From: Octopus sinensis
Lineage: Eukaryota
NCBI RefSeq assembly: GCF_006345805.1
Contig: NC_043001.1
Location: 103,788,001 to 103,852,000 of the forward strand
Direction: 5' to 3'
Length of the DNA: 64,000 nt
This document shows positions 40,215-53,480 of the stretch, one piece after another (position 1 is the first letter of the stretch; each line of letters opens with the position of its first letter). The translations under genes and the position numbers were made by a program. The notes under the pieces are model-generated. The model searched no databases and was not told where the DNA came from. It saw only the letters and a list, made by a program, of their open reading frames with translations.

Positions 40215-40450
40215 CGCGTGGCTTAGCGGTTTAGGGTATTCGGCTCACCATCGTAGAGTTGCGAGGTCGATTCACGCCAGTGCAGTTTGTCTGTTGTGTG
40301 TGTGTTTGTATCCAACAACGCTTGACAACCGATGTTGGTGATTTTACGTCCCCGTAGAAAGAGATCGATAGAATAAGTACGATACTTTATCCTAGGCGAT
40401 GCTCCAGTATGGCAACGCTCCAATGGCTGAAACAAGTAAAAGATAAAGAT
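40215..40450 (+). mobile_element. Chimeric or diverged SINE: tRNA-like head + type A 3' half
   Basis: TGGCTTAGCGGTTTAG...GGTCGATTC head followed by cgcttgacaaccgatgttggtg...gatgctccagtatggc. Confidence 0.7.
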
Positions 40451-40550
40451 GTATACATACGTACGTAAATATTTTTTTTTTATCTAGTTTCAGCTCACAA
40501 GCTGTGGCCATGCTGGGGCACCACCATATACGTGTGTGTTTATCTATCTA

Positions 40551-40664
<114 letters not shown>

Positions 40665-40759
40665 ATATATATATATATATATATATGTATGGATATATAT
40701 ATATATATATATGTATATTTGTATGTATGCATGTATGTATGTATGAATGCATGTGTGTG

Positions 40760-40801
<42 letters not shown>

Positions 40802-41327
40802 AAACTTCTCTTCGTTTCCATTTCACCAAATTTCACTGGCAATCTATTGGCAGTCATGATGCAGTAATAGAGGCGCATGGGACTGAACAAAAAGCATCTG
40901 AATGCGTTTGCATATTCGATTTTGCTTTTGCTTGAATTTGTCTTATTTCTTTATTCGTAGCAGCATCGGGACGCTTCTCGTAGGTTATTGATAACCTGGC
41001 AGACGCGATGGTAAAATAGTTACTTCTATCTGTCACAAGTTATCACGAAAGAAACCACTCAAAATTTATAACAACTACAAAGTTACAACAATCACTTAAT
41101 ACCAATAATGCGTGTACAGAGACCTCTATAAGTATCCGTGTGTGTGGTTCTTTGTATGTTAGAGTGTGTTACATATGTAAATATGCACTTATCTATGTAT
41201 AGAGTTCTCTTCTGGTTTTAATTGTTAAATGCTTTTCTCTGGTTTCTATCCATAATACGAAGCTCCATTGTTGGAATGCAGATAACGAAAGCAATGTGCC
41301 ATTTTAAATTTGAGAAAAGGCTTGCAT

Positions 41328-41735
41328 AGGCGCAGGAGTGGCTGTGTGGTAAGTAGCTTGCTAACCAACCACATGGTTCCGGGTTCAGTCCCACTGCGTG
41401 GCACCTTGGGCAAGTGTCTTCTACTATAGCCCCGGGCCGACCAATGCCTTGTGAGTGGATTTGGTAGACGGAAACTGAAAGAAGCCCGTCGTATATATGT
41501 ATATATATATGTGTGTGTGTGTATGTTTGTGTGTCTGTGTCTGTCCCCCTAGCATTGTTTGACAACCGATGCTGGTGTGTTTACGTCCCCGTCACTTAGC
41601 GGTTCGGCAAACGAGACCGATAGAATAAGTACTGGGCTTACAAAAGAATAAGTCCCGGGATCGAGTTGCTCGATTAAAGGCGGTGCTCCAGCATGGCCGC
41701 AGTCAAATGACTGAAACAAGTAAAAGAAAGAGAAA
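41328..41735 (+). mobile_element. SINE type A, full length, least diverged copy
   Basis: A box TGGCTGTGTGG, B box GGTTCAGTCCC, CORE-like GCACCTTGGGCAAGTG, internal (TA)(GT), tail GCGGTGCTCCAGCATGGCCGCAGTCAAATGACTGAAACAAGTAAAAGA. Confidence 0.92.
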
Positions 41736-41864
41736 GAGAGATATCTTTACTGTTCCGCTTACTGGTTATATTTGTAATGAGCGAATCAGTTGGTTGATTT
41801 CGTTTTCTGAAAATCTTATTTTATCCACATTATTACTGTTTGTATGTGTGTATGTATGTATGCA

Positions 41865-42235
41865 TATCGATAAATTAAGTACCAGTTGCGTACTGGGTTC
41901 GATCTAATCGACTGGTTCTCTTCCCAAAAATTTCGGGCCTTTTGCCTCGAGTAGAAAAGATTATCATCATCATCATCATCATCATAATCGTCATCATAAT
42001 CGTCATCATCATCATCATCATCATCATTAAGACGGGGAGCTGGCAGAATCGTTAGCACGCCGGACGAAATACTTAGGAGTATGTCGGCCGTCGCTACGTT
42101 CTGAGTACAAATTTTGTCAAGATCGAATTTTGCCTTTCTTTCTTTCAATAAAATAGATACCAGCTGAGCACTGAGGTCGATGTAATCGACTCATCGTCAC
42201 CCCAAGCTGCTCTTGTGACAAAATTTTGACATAAT
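41865..42235 (+). mobile_element. Two SINE type B pieces separated by (CAT)n
   Basis: 3' part at 41865-41960 and a near-complete copy at 42030-42235. Confidence 0.8.
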
Positions 42236-42676
42236 TATTATTACGACTGAGTGTTGAATATGTGTGTAAGCGTGTGTGTGTGTGTGTGTGTGTGTGCACG
42301 TGTAAGGGTATGGGGTGTGTGCATATTGAGATCCCCTCTTGTTTCAGCCATCTCCTCCCGCAGCCGTCCCTTGCGCCGCTTACTGATCTTCTTCACACTC
42401 AGGTCGCACCCTACACCGGTGGTAGTCCGTCATAGAAGGTTGTGAACTGTTATGAATCGTTTTCACCACTTTTACAACACGAACAACACAAGAGCAGCAC
42501 CAGCAGCAGCAGTGTGCGACAGAAACTTGCCAACAATTATATTGCAGCACACCAACGAATATTTTCATTTTCCTAAACCACCACAAGCACCATTACTGCT
42601 AATATTACTACTACTACTACCACTACTACTAATATTATTAATCATAATAATAACAACAACAACAACAACAACAATA

Positions 42677-42732
<56 letters not shown>

Positions 42733-43075
42733 AAGTGGGGGAGCATCATAGCCATGTGTTGAGAGGGATTCTTTGGTGTTTGAATAATTCACCTCTGGAA
42801 ACATGGGTGGTTAGTTCAACATCCTTAAACAATCGTTATTCAGGGACCTTTTGAGCGGGATGGGTTACTCGACCAGAAGAAAATTCTAACTGGGGCCCCA
42901 CCTGCAAGGTCATCTGCTGTTTATCTTGATATGAGATCACCATTTCACGCACATATGGTTGTGATGCATGTGTCTGGTGTACCCTTATCAGACGGGTAGT
43001 CATGATGGGTATACTGGGCTTCGTATATTTTACCCCAGTGTCACTTTGATGGCATGCGCTGCTCTCTCACTCAAT
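42733..43075 (+). mobile_element. Interspersed repeat flanked on both sides by (TAA)n, probably a LINE 3' end
   Basis: GC-richer block embedded in (TAA)n with no ORF. Family assignment is inference only. Confidence 0.4.
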
Positions 43076-43099
43076 AATGATAATAATAATAATAATAAT

Positions 43100-43325
43100 A
43101 ATGATAATCCTTTCTACTATAGACACAAGGGATGTAATTTGGGGGTGGAGGGGACTAGTCGATTTTATCGACCGACCCCCGTGTTTCACTGCTACTTAAT
43201 TTATCGACCCCGAAAGTATGAAAGTCAAAGTCGCCCCCGGCGGAATTTGAACTCAGAAAGTAGCGATGGCCGAAATACCGTTAAGCATTTCGTCCAGCGC
43301 GCTAACGATTCTGCCAGATCTGCCT
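43100..43325 (-). mobile_element. SINE type B
   Basis: ttatcgaccccgaaagtatgaaagtcaaagtcg...gaatttgaactcaga...gctaacgattctgccag. Confidence 0.85.
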
Positions 43326-43506
43326 TGATGATGATGTTGATGATGATAATAATAATAACAATAATAATAATCACACCTCTACCACAGCAACGGTATGAAG
43401 AATGGAAAACGGTAGCGTTACCACAGCCTCCACCACACTCATTGCTATAAGCGATAGCATTAACATCGAACGCATCACGCCTCCCACCACCACCACCACC
43501 ATCACA

Positions 43507-43537
<31 letters not shown>

Positions 43538-44479
43538 TCTTATGTAGCACCACTGTCGCCACTACCATGTTGGACCAGAATAATTCTCATTTGCCAACAC
43601 CAACGCTATCTTCGACACTACCATCGCCAATACCAATACCCAGAAGAGAATTGTTGAAGCCATTATCGTCATCATCATCACTATCAGTGCTGCCTCTTTC
43701 AATACCACCACCATGCCACCTATCACCACAACCACCAACAGCAACAACAACAACAATATTAACAACAGCAACCACAGAATTAATGAAACCACCACCCCAT
43801 CGTCAACACCAACATCATCAACAACATGATCACCCGCTTCAGAGTGACTGAAATTATTACTACCATCATTACACCACCAACAACAAACCCCCCCACCACC
43901 ACCACCACCACCAATACCATCAACAACAAAACAACTGTTACATTTGCAACAAATCAACTGTGTAGCTTCATCTAACATAAGATACACCAAAAACAATAGA
44001 CATATTGAAAAATCAATGTTTACCAAGATCTGAGAGGAAGCTAGCGTTGTGGTTTGATGTAGCCATTTCCACGGGGAACAATACCAGTTCTATTACAGAC
44101 TTGACAATGGCTTTTTTTTTTTTTTGCCTTGATCTGGCATCAAGAAATATTGGTTTGTGGCTCCTTCAGTTATAGCCACATCAAGTTCTGTTGCTATAGA
44201 CATACGGCATAATGGATGTTGAATGTGGGAATTTGTACGTGTGTACGTGTTTGTATGGATGGACGGACGGATGGACGGAAGGATGGATGGATGGATGGAT
44301 ATTCAAACAGAATGGATACATGTGTGTGTGTGTACGTGCACATTTCAATAAACTAATATGTGTGCGTGTGCATATTGGTTTGAACGTATGGTTGTGTGCG
44401 CATGTGCGTACGTACGTAGATATGTATAAATACAGCTACGTATGATGCATATATATAAATATATTTATATATATGTTTG

Positions 44480-44514
<35 letters not shown>

Positions 44515-44664
44515 CGCATACATGCGTTTGTATATGATATCTATATGTATGTGAGTGTGGGTGCGTGCATGCTTCTTTGAACGTATGGTTGAGGATGTAT
44601 GTGCGTACATATGTAGATATGCATAAATACGGGTAAATATGCATAGATTTAAATATATATATAT

Positions 44665-44720
<56 letters not shown>

Positions 44721-45359
44721 AGTGTGTGTATGTATATATATATATGCATATGTATATACATATAAATACATATATATATATGCGTGTGTATATGATATCT
44801 ATATGTATGTGAGTGTGGGTGTGTGTGTGTGCATGTGTGTGTGTGCGTGTATTTGTGTGCATGCACGTGTGTGTATGTGTGTGTGTGTGTGTGTTTCGCT
44901 TCCATACATTGAGCACCTGCAACCTGCTACCCTGTTTGTTATCTTGTTTAAACACATGCTCCATACGATAAGCATTATTTAATATCATCACGTAAGGAAT
45001 GTTCCTTTTCATATAACCCACAGCTCAGCTGATTCGCGCAACTTCTTTCTACGTCACCGCTGCATATCCGTTCGTCTATGTGCGTGTACGCATGAGGTGT
45101 GTGTGTAGATTCATTTTCCTATTCTGTTAAATGCATGGGTGCATGTGCGTATGATATACCACAAGGCATTACGATCTAAATCTACTCCTGATTGATAAAC
45201 CCTCCCACCTAAAAAAAATCACACACACACACATCTTTCATATTGTTTGACTTTTCTATTGCTACTACAATGGTCTCAGTTTCTTAAAACTAGTCAACTA
45301 TACACTTTTGTGTGTGTGTGTGTGTGTTTGTGTGTATGCATGTATGTATGTATATATAT

Positions 45360-45420
<61 letters not shown>

Positions 45421-45932
45421 TATATATATATGTATGTATATATGTATGTATGTTTGTCCCCCAACATCGCATGACAATCGATGCTAGTGTGTTTACATCC
45501 CCGTAGCTTAGCGGTTCGGCAAAAGACACCGATAGAATAAGTACTTGCGCTGTTTAATGTGCATGCGGCTATTGTAAGAAAAGAGATGAGCAGGGTTGAC
45601 TGAATCGTCAGAAGGTCGAAGAAAATATCATGTGACCATTTATTTCGGGGCCATCTTTAATCATCTTCTTTTCAGGTTTCGATAACCTAAAATACCAATC
45701 CAGTCAATGAAATCGCTAAATCCTCCCATCAAGATTTCTGGCCTTGTGCCTAAATTAGAGACAATTATAATATATGATCAATAATTGTTGGTAAAAGGCC
45801 AGCTATATCAGGGGATAATTTATCGATTACATTGACTGATACTTTATTTTATCGACCCTCAATAGAGAAAAAAAATAGCGAAGTGACCGTAGCGGTGTTG
45901 GAGCTCAGTGCAATAATAGCTGGAATATTATG

Positions 45933-46158
45933 CAGGGTGCGGCAGAAGTAACGCCCTTTTATATTGAATCATGTTGTTTTGATGAAAGAATACTTAGTAA
46001 ATTTCCGAAAACTTGTGCGATTTGTTTTCATGAGTTTATTATTCATTTCTTTAAGTAATGCAATAAAATTTGTGTTCAATAAAAAAAATTACTATAAAAA
46101 TATTTATATTCTATAAAAAATATGAAATGCAAAAAGGGCGTTACTTCTGCCGCACACG
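45933..46158. mobile_element. Tc1/mariner/pogo-type MITE, 226 bp
   Basis: TIRs CAGGGTGCGGCAGAAGTAACGCCCTTTT and AAAAGGGCGTTACTTCTGCCGCACACG. TA on the right, TG on the left. Confidence 0.85.
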
Positions 46159-47190
46159 TATTATAATCCATCTTTTCTTATTATAGGCACAAGGCCTGAA
46201 ATTTGTGGCGTTTTGAATTCAGAACGTAAAGCGGTCAGAAATGCCCTTAAGCAGTTTGACTGGTGTCTTAACAATGCAGCCAGCTCGCCACCTTTTATTG
46301 CATTATAATTAAGGATAATTAATTATCATAGTTATTGTTTTCCCTTATTAGTGCTGACGTGTCATCAAATGTTGAGCTTTTCGATTCGCTTCAGCAGCGC
46401 TACTGCCAATAACATCTGTTAATTCCAAGCAACAAATTGTAACTGAATTATAACTATTATTAAATTATTTTATAAAATATGGGTTTTAATTATTGCCTAG
46501 GAACAATTATTCTAAGATTCTATCGTGCAATTAAGATCGTTAATTGCCAATTCAGTTAGAACTAGCATTCATTTAAATATTTTAATAATAATAATTTATT
46601 GTCGATTAAAATCGATGAAGAGACAAAATGGCAGAATAGAGCTTATTGTCAGCAGACTAACTTCTCTCGCTGTTACTCCGAGGGTCACCTTCCGAGAGAC
46701 CGGCAACGCAAGCATCTTAGCAGCGGTTAGTGAAGTTTTCGTCTTATATCAAGGTCATTTATGTATGTATTCATGTATGTATCTATCTATCTATTTCTCT
46801 CTCTCCCCCTCTCTCTATATATATATACAGAGAGAGGGGGAAAGAGTAGCCTGCGGTATACACCTTGCCCGGATATTTACCACTTCTGAGGTTCTGCTCG
46901 CTATGAAACATATTCAACCCGGATCTTATCTATTCCATTCCTTAACTCTTGTATTCTTATTCGCATATCCGAGAACCCTGGTTGCCTACCGTGAAATATA
47001 AAAAGAAGCTTTTTCAGCTCATCGTACTTCGATACGGAAAAAATCCACAACCTTCCGTCTCAATAAACTACTAGCGTTCCTGAAAGTTGCTTTTCGTTTT
47101 CACTATGGATTGCTTCAAACTCACTTTCTTCCTACATCCTAATCCTCCGATCTTATATTTATAAGTGCGTTTGTGTGTGTGTGTGTGTAC

Positions 47191-47373
47191 AAAATATTAT
47201 ATAATTATTTACATAATTATAAGGGATCGGCTTTACACCTCAACACGCACTGCAAGAATAGAAGCTAAAAGCCCATACTACCACCTTAAAATCTCCGAGA
47301 ATATCACATTAGTGCGTGGTGAGGTGTAAAGCCGATCCCTTGTTATAATTATACATATAATTATAAAATATTT
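47191..47373. repeat. Inverted-repeat element (MITE-like)
   Basis: AAGGGATCGGCTTTACACCTCAACACGCACT (47221-47251) pairs with AGTGCGTGGTGAGGTGTAAAGCCGATCCCTT (47311-47341), with AT-rich extensions. Confidence 0.85.
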
Positions 47374-48651
47374 AGTAAAATATTTAGTAAAATGTACCTA
47401 TGAGGTTTATATTTCCGCACTGACTACCTGGTAAAATTATTATTGATTTTACCCTTTCATTATAAATAATATATATATATATATATAACCAACTATCCGT
47501 CTATCTATCTATCCATCTATCTATCTATCCATCTATCTATATAACTATCTATCTATCTATCAATCTATCCATCCATCCATTTTCTATCAATCTATCTAGC
47601 TAGCTATTTATCTGTCTGTTTGTCTGTCTGTCATTATAGCAAGTTCATAACGCATGTTTCTCTGACATATCGACAATCGGCACCAGATTATCCAACAATG
47701 TATGCAGTAAGAAATTATTACCCTCCACAATGTGAAAACCATCTTCTGGATGCTGATTTCTGTCCTAAATTTTTGCGTTACATATTTATGAACATTATTG
47801 AAGCCACGTACAACTATTGGTTATAAGCGGTCCTATGGTAATTGGCGGACAGTCTTGTTCTGTAACTGGATTGTATGGAAACTGGTGAATAACAGGGGCA
47901 GCGTTGGAGACTTCCTCCTGGTATAATACATCAAAAGAAGGTTAATTACGCTACAGCCGCCCACAATGAAAGCTGAATTCAACATGACTAGTAACAAGAG
48001 ATCCACTGTACGAGCATTTGATTTCCCTGAGATAACAGCCAACGATTCTTCAAATAAGACCACATTTGATAACATACACTTACATGCACTTAAAAGAACG
48101 GTCATAGATAGAATGTCTCAGTTAGCACTTGTAATAATAGGAGCGTTGAGATGTTCCTATCCTGCCATATTTATTTGTCGCTTAACTCTACAATTTCATA
48201 GCTAAATATGTCGCCACGGACATACCACGTTGGCGATGTGAACATGGACTGACGTCTTCTCAACTATCGGCTACACTACGAACTCGCTGTCCTTAAGAAA
48301 ATACATAGCTATGAATATTATCCATAGACATTGATACTTTAATATCAATGCTCGTACAGCAATATCACTGCAATATTGAACGTAATATATTGTCTCTAAG
48401 AATTGATCGCCATTTTTATGTTGGTTGTCAGTTCTATAAATGGTTAGTCATAGCTTATGGCTGAAACATTAATGGTTATAGTAGCTTTGTCAAAGACGTT
48501 GGAGTAGACAGCTGACTCACACGCCATCTTGCAAACTACCGTATACTTAAATACACGCAGACACAAGTACACACACACCCCCATATATATGTGTGTGTGT
48601 GCGTGTGTGTGTGTGTGTGTGTATGAATATATATATGTATGTATATACACA

Positions 48652-48972
48652 CAGTGGTTAGAACGTCGAACTTACGATAATGAAGTTGTAAGTTCGATTC
48701 CCGGACCGGGCTGCGTGTTCTGTTCTTGAGCAAGACACTTTATTTCACGCTGCTCCAGTTCACTCAGCTTTAGAAATGAGTTGCAACATCACTGGTGCCA
48801 AGCTGTATTGGCCTTTGCCTGTCCCTTCGATAACATCAATGGTGTGGAGAGGGGAGGCCGGTATGCATGGGTGACTGCTGGCCTTCCATAAAACAACCTT
48901 GCCCGGACTTTTGCCTGGGAGGGTAACTTTCTAGGTGCAATCCCATGGCCATTCATGACCGAAGGGGAGTCT
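48652..48972 (+). mobile_element. tRNA-derived SINE type E
   Basis: CAGTGGTTAG A-box part, B box AGTTCGATTCCC, TTGAGCAAGACACTT CORE/V-like block. Confidence 0.75.
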
Positions 48973-49023
48973 CCTCATATACATACACACACACACGCAA
49001 TATATATATATATATACACATAC

Positions 49024-49093
<70 letters not shown>

Positions 49094-49201
49094 GAAAAAT
49101 GTATGGTAAATAAATAAACGACATAACGTATAGTGAGGGACAAACACAGATGGTGTCTAATTCTTCATCAGCTATCAACCAATTGTAATACTCATTTTAG
49201 C

Positions 49202-49238
<37 letters not shown>

Positions 49239-49247
49239 ATATATATT

Positions 49248-49393
49248 AGAAAATGCTATAATAATTTTATCATAAAAATCATTTCAGTACCGGTTTCCAA
49301 AATTTAATTGTTTTCCATACTTCCAGTTGAAAAAGTCTCAATAGCCGAAACCGGTACTGAATTTTTTTTTATAAAATTATTTTAGCATTTTCT
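49248..49393. repeat. Inverted repeat (about 45-bp arms) with a hammerhead-like Penelope terminus
   Basis: tagaaaatgcta...ttcagtaccggttt pairs with aaaccggtactgaa...tagcattttcta. Confidence 0.8.
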
Positions 49394-49445
49394 ACTGTGA
49401 CTTTTTCCCATATATATGGCACTATATGTACACACACACACACAC

Positions 49446-49516
<71 letters not shown>

Positions 49517-50039
49517 ATGTATGTATATATGTACATACATATACATATACACATGCACATCACATACGTACACAAACACACGCACAAGTCATAGAGTAAG
49601 GGAAATAGAAGTAGCTTAGAACTCTTAGGCCGGGTGGGATGTAGAATAAACAGGGTGAAGAGTCATTCCACAAAAACCAGAATCGCCACGTATTACATTC
49701 TTCTAACCCATGCAAAACATTCGCTACCATAAGCTTAAGAATCGGCATCCAACCTGCAAAAGGAACGAATGTCAGCTATTTGACAGACGTTGTTAACATT
49801 ATTGAAACTATTTCCGCAGAAACTGCAAACAACATACATTCGACACTGTTTGTCATTATTGTCGCCAGCGCCTCCGAATGGTTTCGCCACGAAAAGTGCC
49901 ATGAAGCGAATTACTTATAAAAGCAGTGGAACTACCAAAAATATATTAATTCTGCAAAGATCTTCGAACCTTCAAAAAACTGTATAAGACCTTAACGGAC
50001 CCCAGCTGCACTTGCTTCTAAAAGAAAATATTTCTAAAA

Positions 50040-50340
50040 AGAAGTGCTGTGGCCGTCTCAGATACTGAATAGAAGAAGTTAACTTTTTCCTCAAAGACAT
50101 TCTCAGCGATTCGATGGCAGAAGTAAAGGCTAAACACAATGAAGCCATCATCAACCAATCAAGCTCCAATAACAATCTGAAATAACCAATCAACCAGCTG
50201 AAATATTCAAAATTGAAGGATGTTGAGAGGGTCATCAGGGTAGCAGATTCAGCCTCTGTTCTTGGCCAAAGAGATGGACTCTACAAAGTGAGCTGCCCAG
50301 AGTTCGTCAGGTGCTTTCAGGGAATCTTGAAGGTGAAGGA
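50040..50340 (+). mobile_element. HERO/NeSL-like (R2-superfamily) LINE fragment, pre-RT/domain 0
   Basis: One frame: GRLRY*IEEVNFFLKDILSD...KLKDVERVIRVADSASVLGQRDGLYKVSCPEFVRCFQGILKV, resembling EEVxxYLxxTxSD...EVxxVxxKARxxSAPGPNGxPYKVYKxCP. Confidence 0.5.
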
Positions 50341-50446
50341 GCGAAACGGGTGAGATCCTGTTTAGTGGAAGTATTTGGGTCAACAAATAGTAAATTAAAA
50401 GAACATAAATTAGTTTCAGCCACATACATGTGTATGTATGTGTGTG

Positions 50447-50517
<71 letters not shown>

Positions 50518-50614
50518 AGTAGTAGAATAGAAACAAATTTTACTATTTCTCTGTAGATTGGAAAACTAATGAACAGTTTTAATCGCTTTTCAAAAGTTAT
50601 TGGCTTCTAATCAG

Positions 50615-50713
50615 AGCTGTCGGCGTCACTGGACAACTCCCAGGGAAATAAGCATCCAAACCCGTTTCTATACTCAACAAATCCATTAGCGACGGCCGAA
50701 CGGGGTGGAGCTG
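50615..50713 (+). CDS. Candidate 99-nt symmetric coding exon (phase 1-1)
   Basis: ttggcttctaatcag acceptor, GCTG|gtaagg donor. Only one frame open: LSASLDNSQGNKHPNPFLYSTNPLATAERGGA. GC-richer than the flanks. Confidence 0.45.
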
Positions 50714-50813
50714 GTAAGGTTCGTCCTATGTGCGTTTAACACTTTATTTAATATCAGCGAACTATCACCAGTGGGGATTTATTTCAGTGCACATGCTCGC
50801 GCACACACACATA

Positions 50814-50881
<68 letters not shown>

Positions 50882-51334
50882 GACATGATTAATCCAAAAT
50901 TCCCAGAACGAAAATTTTGCATCAATTATAATAAAGATGATGATGATGATGATGAAGGATGCAAGAGAGATTAGGTTGTCTCTTTCATTTCCTGGAGTGA
51001 AATAAATTGGTAAGACAACAATAACATGGTTGACAAAATAATTAATGACATCCCCGCATGCTAGGTATAAATATTGTATGACGTCACTTATTTAATATGG
51101 TTAATTGCATAAATCGGATGAAGTGAGTATTGGTCCCTAATCAAGAGACATTACGTATTAATGAAGTGTTTAGTAAGAGCTTGTCAAATGATTGTTAAAT
51201 ATGTATATTTTATGGAAAAAAAAACGATGTTTCGAAATTGTTTTTTATGTTGTGATCTCTTTACCCAACAAGTATAATGAAAAAGGATTGCTTTTGAAAT
51301 AGAAATCAATATGAATGGTATTTATATTGAGTTC

Positions 51335-51480
51335 AAGTTTTGACCGAAGGCCAGCAATTTCGAGAGAGGGGTAACTCAATTACACCCCACCCACCCCCAT
51401 TGTTCAGCTGGTACTTATTTTATCGATCCTCAAAAGAAGGAAAGGCAAAGTCGCATTCGATGGTATTTGAATTCAGAAAA
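51335..51480 (-). mobile_element. SINE type B, 5'-truncated
   Basis: ggtacttattttatcgatcctcaaaagaaggaaaggcaaagtcg block. Confidence 0.75.
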
Positions 51481-51494
51481 TCGAGACGCCTGAT

Positions 51495-51875
51495 TTTCTC
51501 TCCCTGTTTCTTTCTGTGTTCCTTTCTGTTGAAGAGCGTAGTCTCGAGCCATATGAACATTTAATGTGGCTTTAGAGTCATGTTTTGACAGCTATTTCAG
51601 CGTAGTGGTATCTCTCAGGTACCCGAAATTATAATTTTATATATATATAGCTCTCGTGTGGGATCCCTCTGTCCGGCCTTCGCCATGATAGGTCGCTAGC
51701 CACCAAACCTTTTTTCTATTTTCTCTCCCTGTTTCTTTCTGTGTCCCTTTCTGTAGAAGAGCGTAGGCTCGAAACATAAAAGACTTTCTCACATCCCTAG
51801 CGTTAAACTAATACATCTGTTTGTTGTTTACACACCCGTCTTCGTCTTTTGCTTTGCTTTTTTTCGCAAATTCTT
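51495..51875 (+). mobile_element. Penelope-like terminus with partial tandem (pLTR-like) duplication
   Basis: ttttctctccctgtttctttctgtgt(t/c)cctttctgt(t/a)gaagagcgtag at both 51495 and 51719. The second copy continues GCTCGAAAC. Confidence 0.65.
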
Positions 51876-52928
51876 AGTATATATATATCATACCTTAATA
51901 TTGTGTGGACTAAGATCCCCGTTGACAGGCCGCTGGTATTTATAGAGTGATCAACACTTTCAATATGCAAATTAAGGACTCCTTCATAGAGTAACTGCTG
52001 CATTTCTTGAGCATATAAACTGTTTGGCTGAATATTTCCTTGAGATTGTCAAAGTGTTAACCACGCATTTGCTGAAAACCCTATAAGGCTCGAAAATCGA
52101 TTAAAGTCGTTCATCGTTTTTTTTTTCAGTCTGCTGAGAAACGGCTAACATTTTCCCCTGTTTATAATTAAACCATATATTACGTATTTAATATTAAAAA
52201 TTACAACATTTATTCAAACGTTCTTTTGGTGAGGAGAGAGATCAGAAACGCAAGCATTTCATTTGGAAGCAAAACTATTTCTATGCAGAGTAATTTACGG
52301 CTCATTTTTTTTATTTCTTACTTCGTTATGTAAACTATCTCTGAGTGCTTGCGTTACTTTTCGCTTATTTTTTATTTACTATTTCCAGTAATTTACACCA
52401 ACCAATGACTATTTGCTTCCTTATTTATTTATTTATTCATTTATTTCATTGCATAGAAAAGTTCGAATCGGTGGAGTCATTTTACTTTAAAATCTACGCA
52501 AATTTCATTCTCGAAACAACCTTTTTTTTTTTCTTAATTATTATTCTCCTTCTCTTCAAGTAATCGATCAAACACTCTTACGATACATTTAGTTTATTTT
52601 GCAACAGACAAAATCCCAATGAAAAACTGCTTCGCGGCTGCTGGATCGTACCAGATGTTTATATTCACGTCAATGAATTTTAAAGTTTTTACAGTTCCGA
52701 ATAAATGCTAACACTCCACTCCACCAATTATTCTAAATATTCCATTATGTTATTTGGTATTTAAATCAAGCTGCATTTATCTGCGTCTGTATATTCCTCT
52801 GTCTATGCGCCTGTATACACGCTTGCTTTTCTGCATGTACGTGTGTGTGTGCACGACTACACATATATCGCCATTTTTGTTTGTTCCTCGGTATGTGCAT
52901 GCACGTATTATGTGTGTGTGTGTGTATC

Positions 52929-52992
<64 letters not shown>

Positions 52993-53271
52993 TCTATTTA
53001 TGCACTGTACTCATGTTAAATGCATTTTATTTTTCTTTAAAAAATATTTTGAAACCTAGCAACACCAAGAGAAACAACGCTTCCTTATGAATGGCCGCCA
53101 TAGCATCTCCGTCGGAATCAGGCACCGTAAATAAAGAAATCAATCAGATGTTCTTATATTCCGATTTTGGGGGTAATTTAACTATTTCTGTTATAGAAGG
53201 GATTTCGATTATTTTGACTATGAATGGGAACTTATAATCAAAACTTACAATCTATACATACCGCTGTATTA

Positions 53272-53480
53272 AGGCTGTGAACCGGCAGAGTAGTGAGCAC
53301 GCAAGGCATAACGTTTAACGGTATTTCGTCCGTCTTTACATTCTGAGTTCAAATTACGCCGAAGTCCACTTTGCTTCTCATTTTTTCGGGGTCGATAAAA
53401 TAAGTACAAGTTGAGTACTGTTGTCAACTTACCCCTCTCCACCCAAAACTGTTGGCCTTGTACCAAAATTTGATAACCTA
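53272..53480 (+). mobile_element. SINE type B
   Basis: ccggcagagtagtgagcacg...ctgagttcaaattacgccgaagtccactttgc...ggggtcgataaaataagtac. Confidence 0.82.

Noticed and set aside
43402-44026. ORF starting MVNIDFSICLLFLVYLMLDEATQLICCKCNSC (signal peptide/Ly6-like look) and the opposite Thr/Pro-rich ORF
   Set aside because: The region is decayed (CAC/CAT/CAA)n repeat, open on both strands. No remaining Ly6 cysteine pattern or splice support.
47966-48170. Helitron/PIF1 helicase motif resemblance (ITANDS..KTTFDNIHL..SQL)
   Set aside because: Similarity is too weak and gapped, and no Helitron termini were identified. It needs BLASTx.
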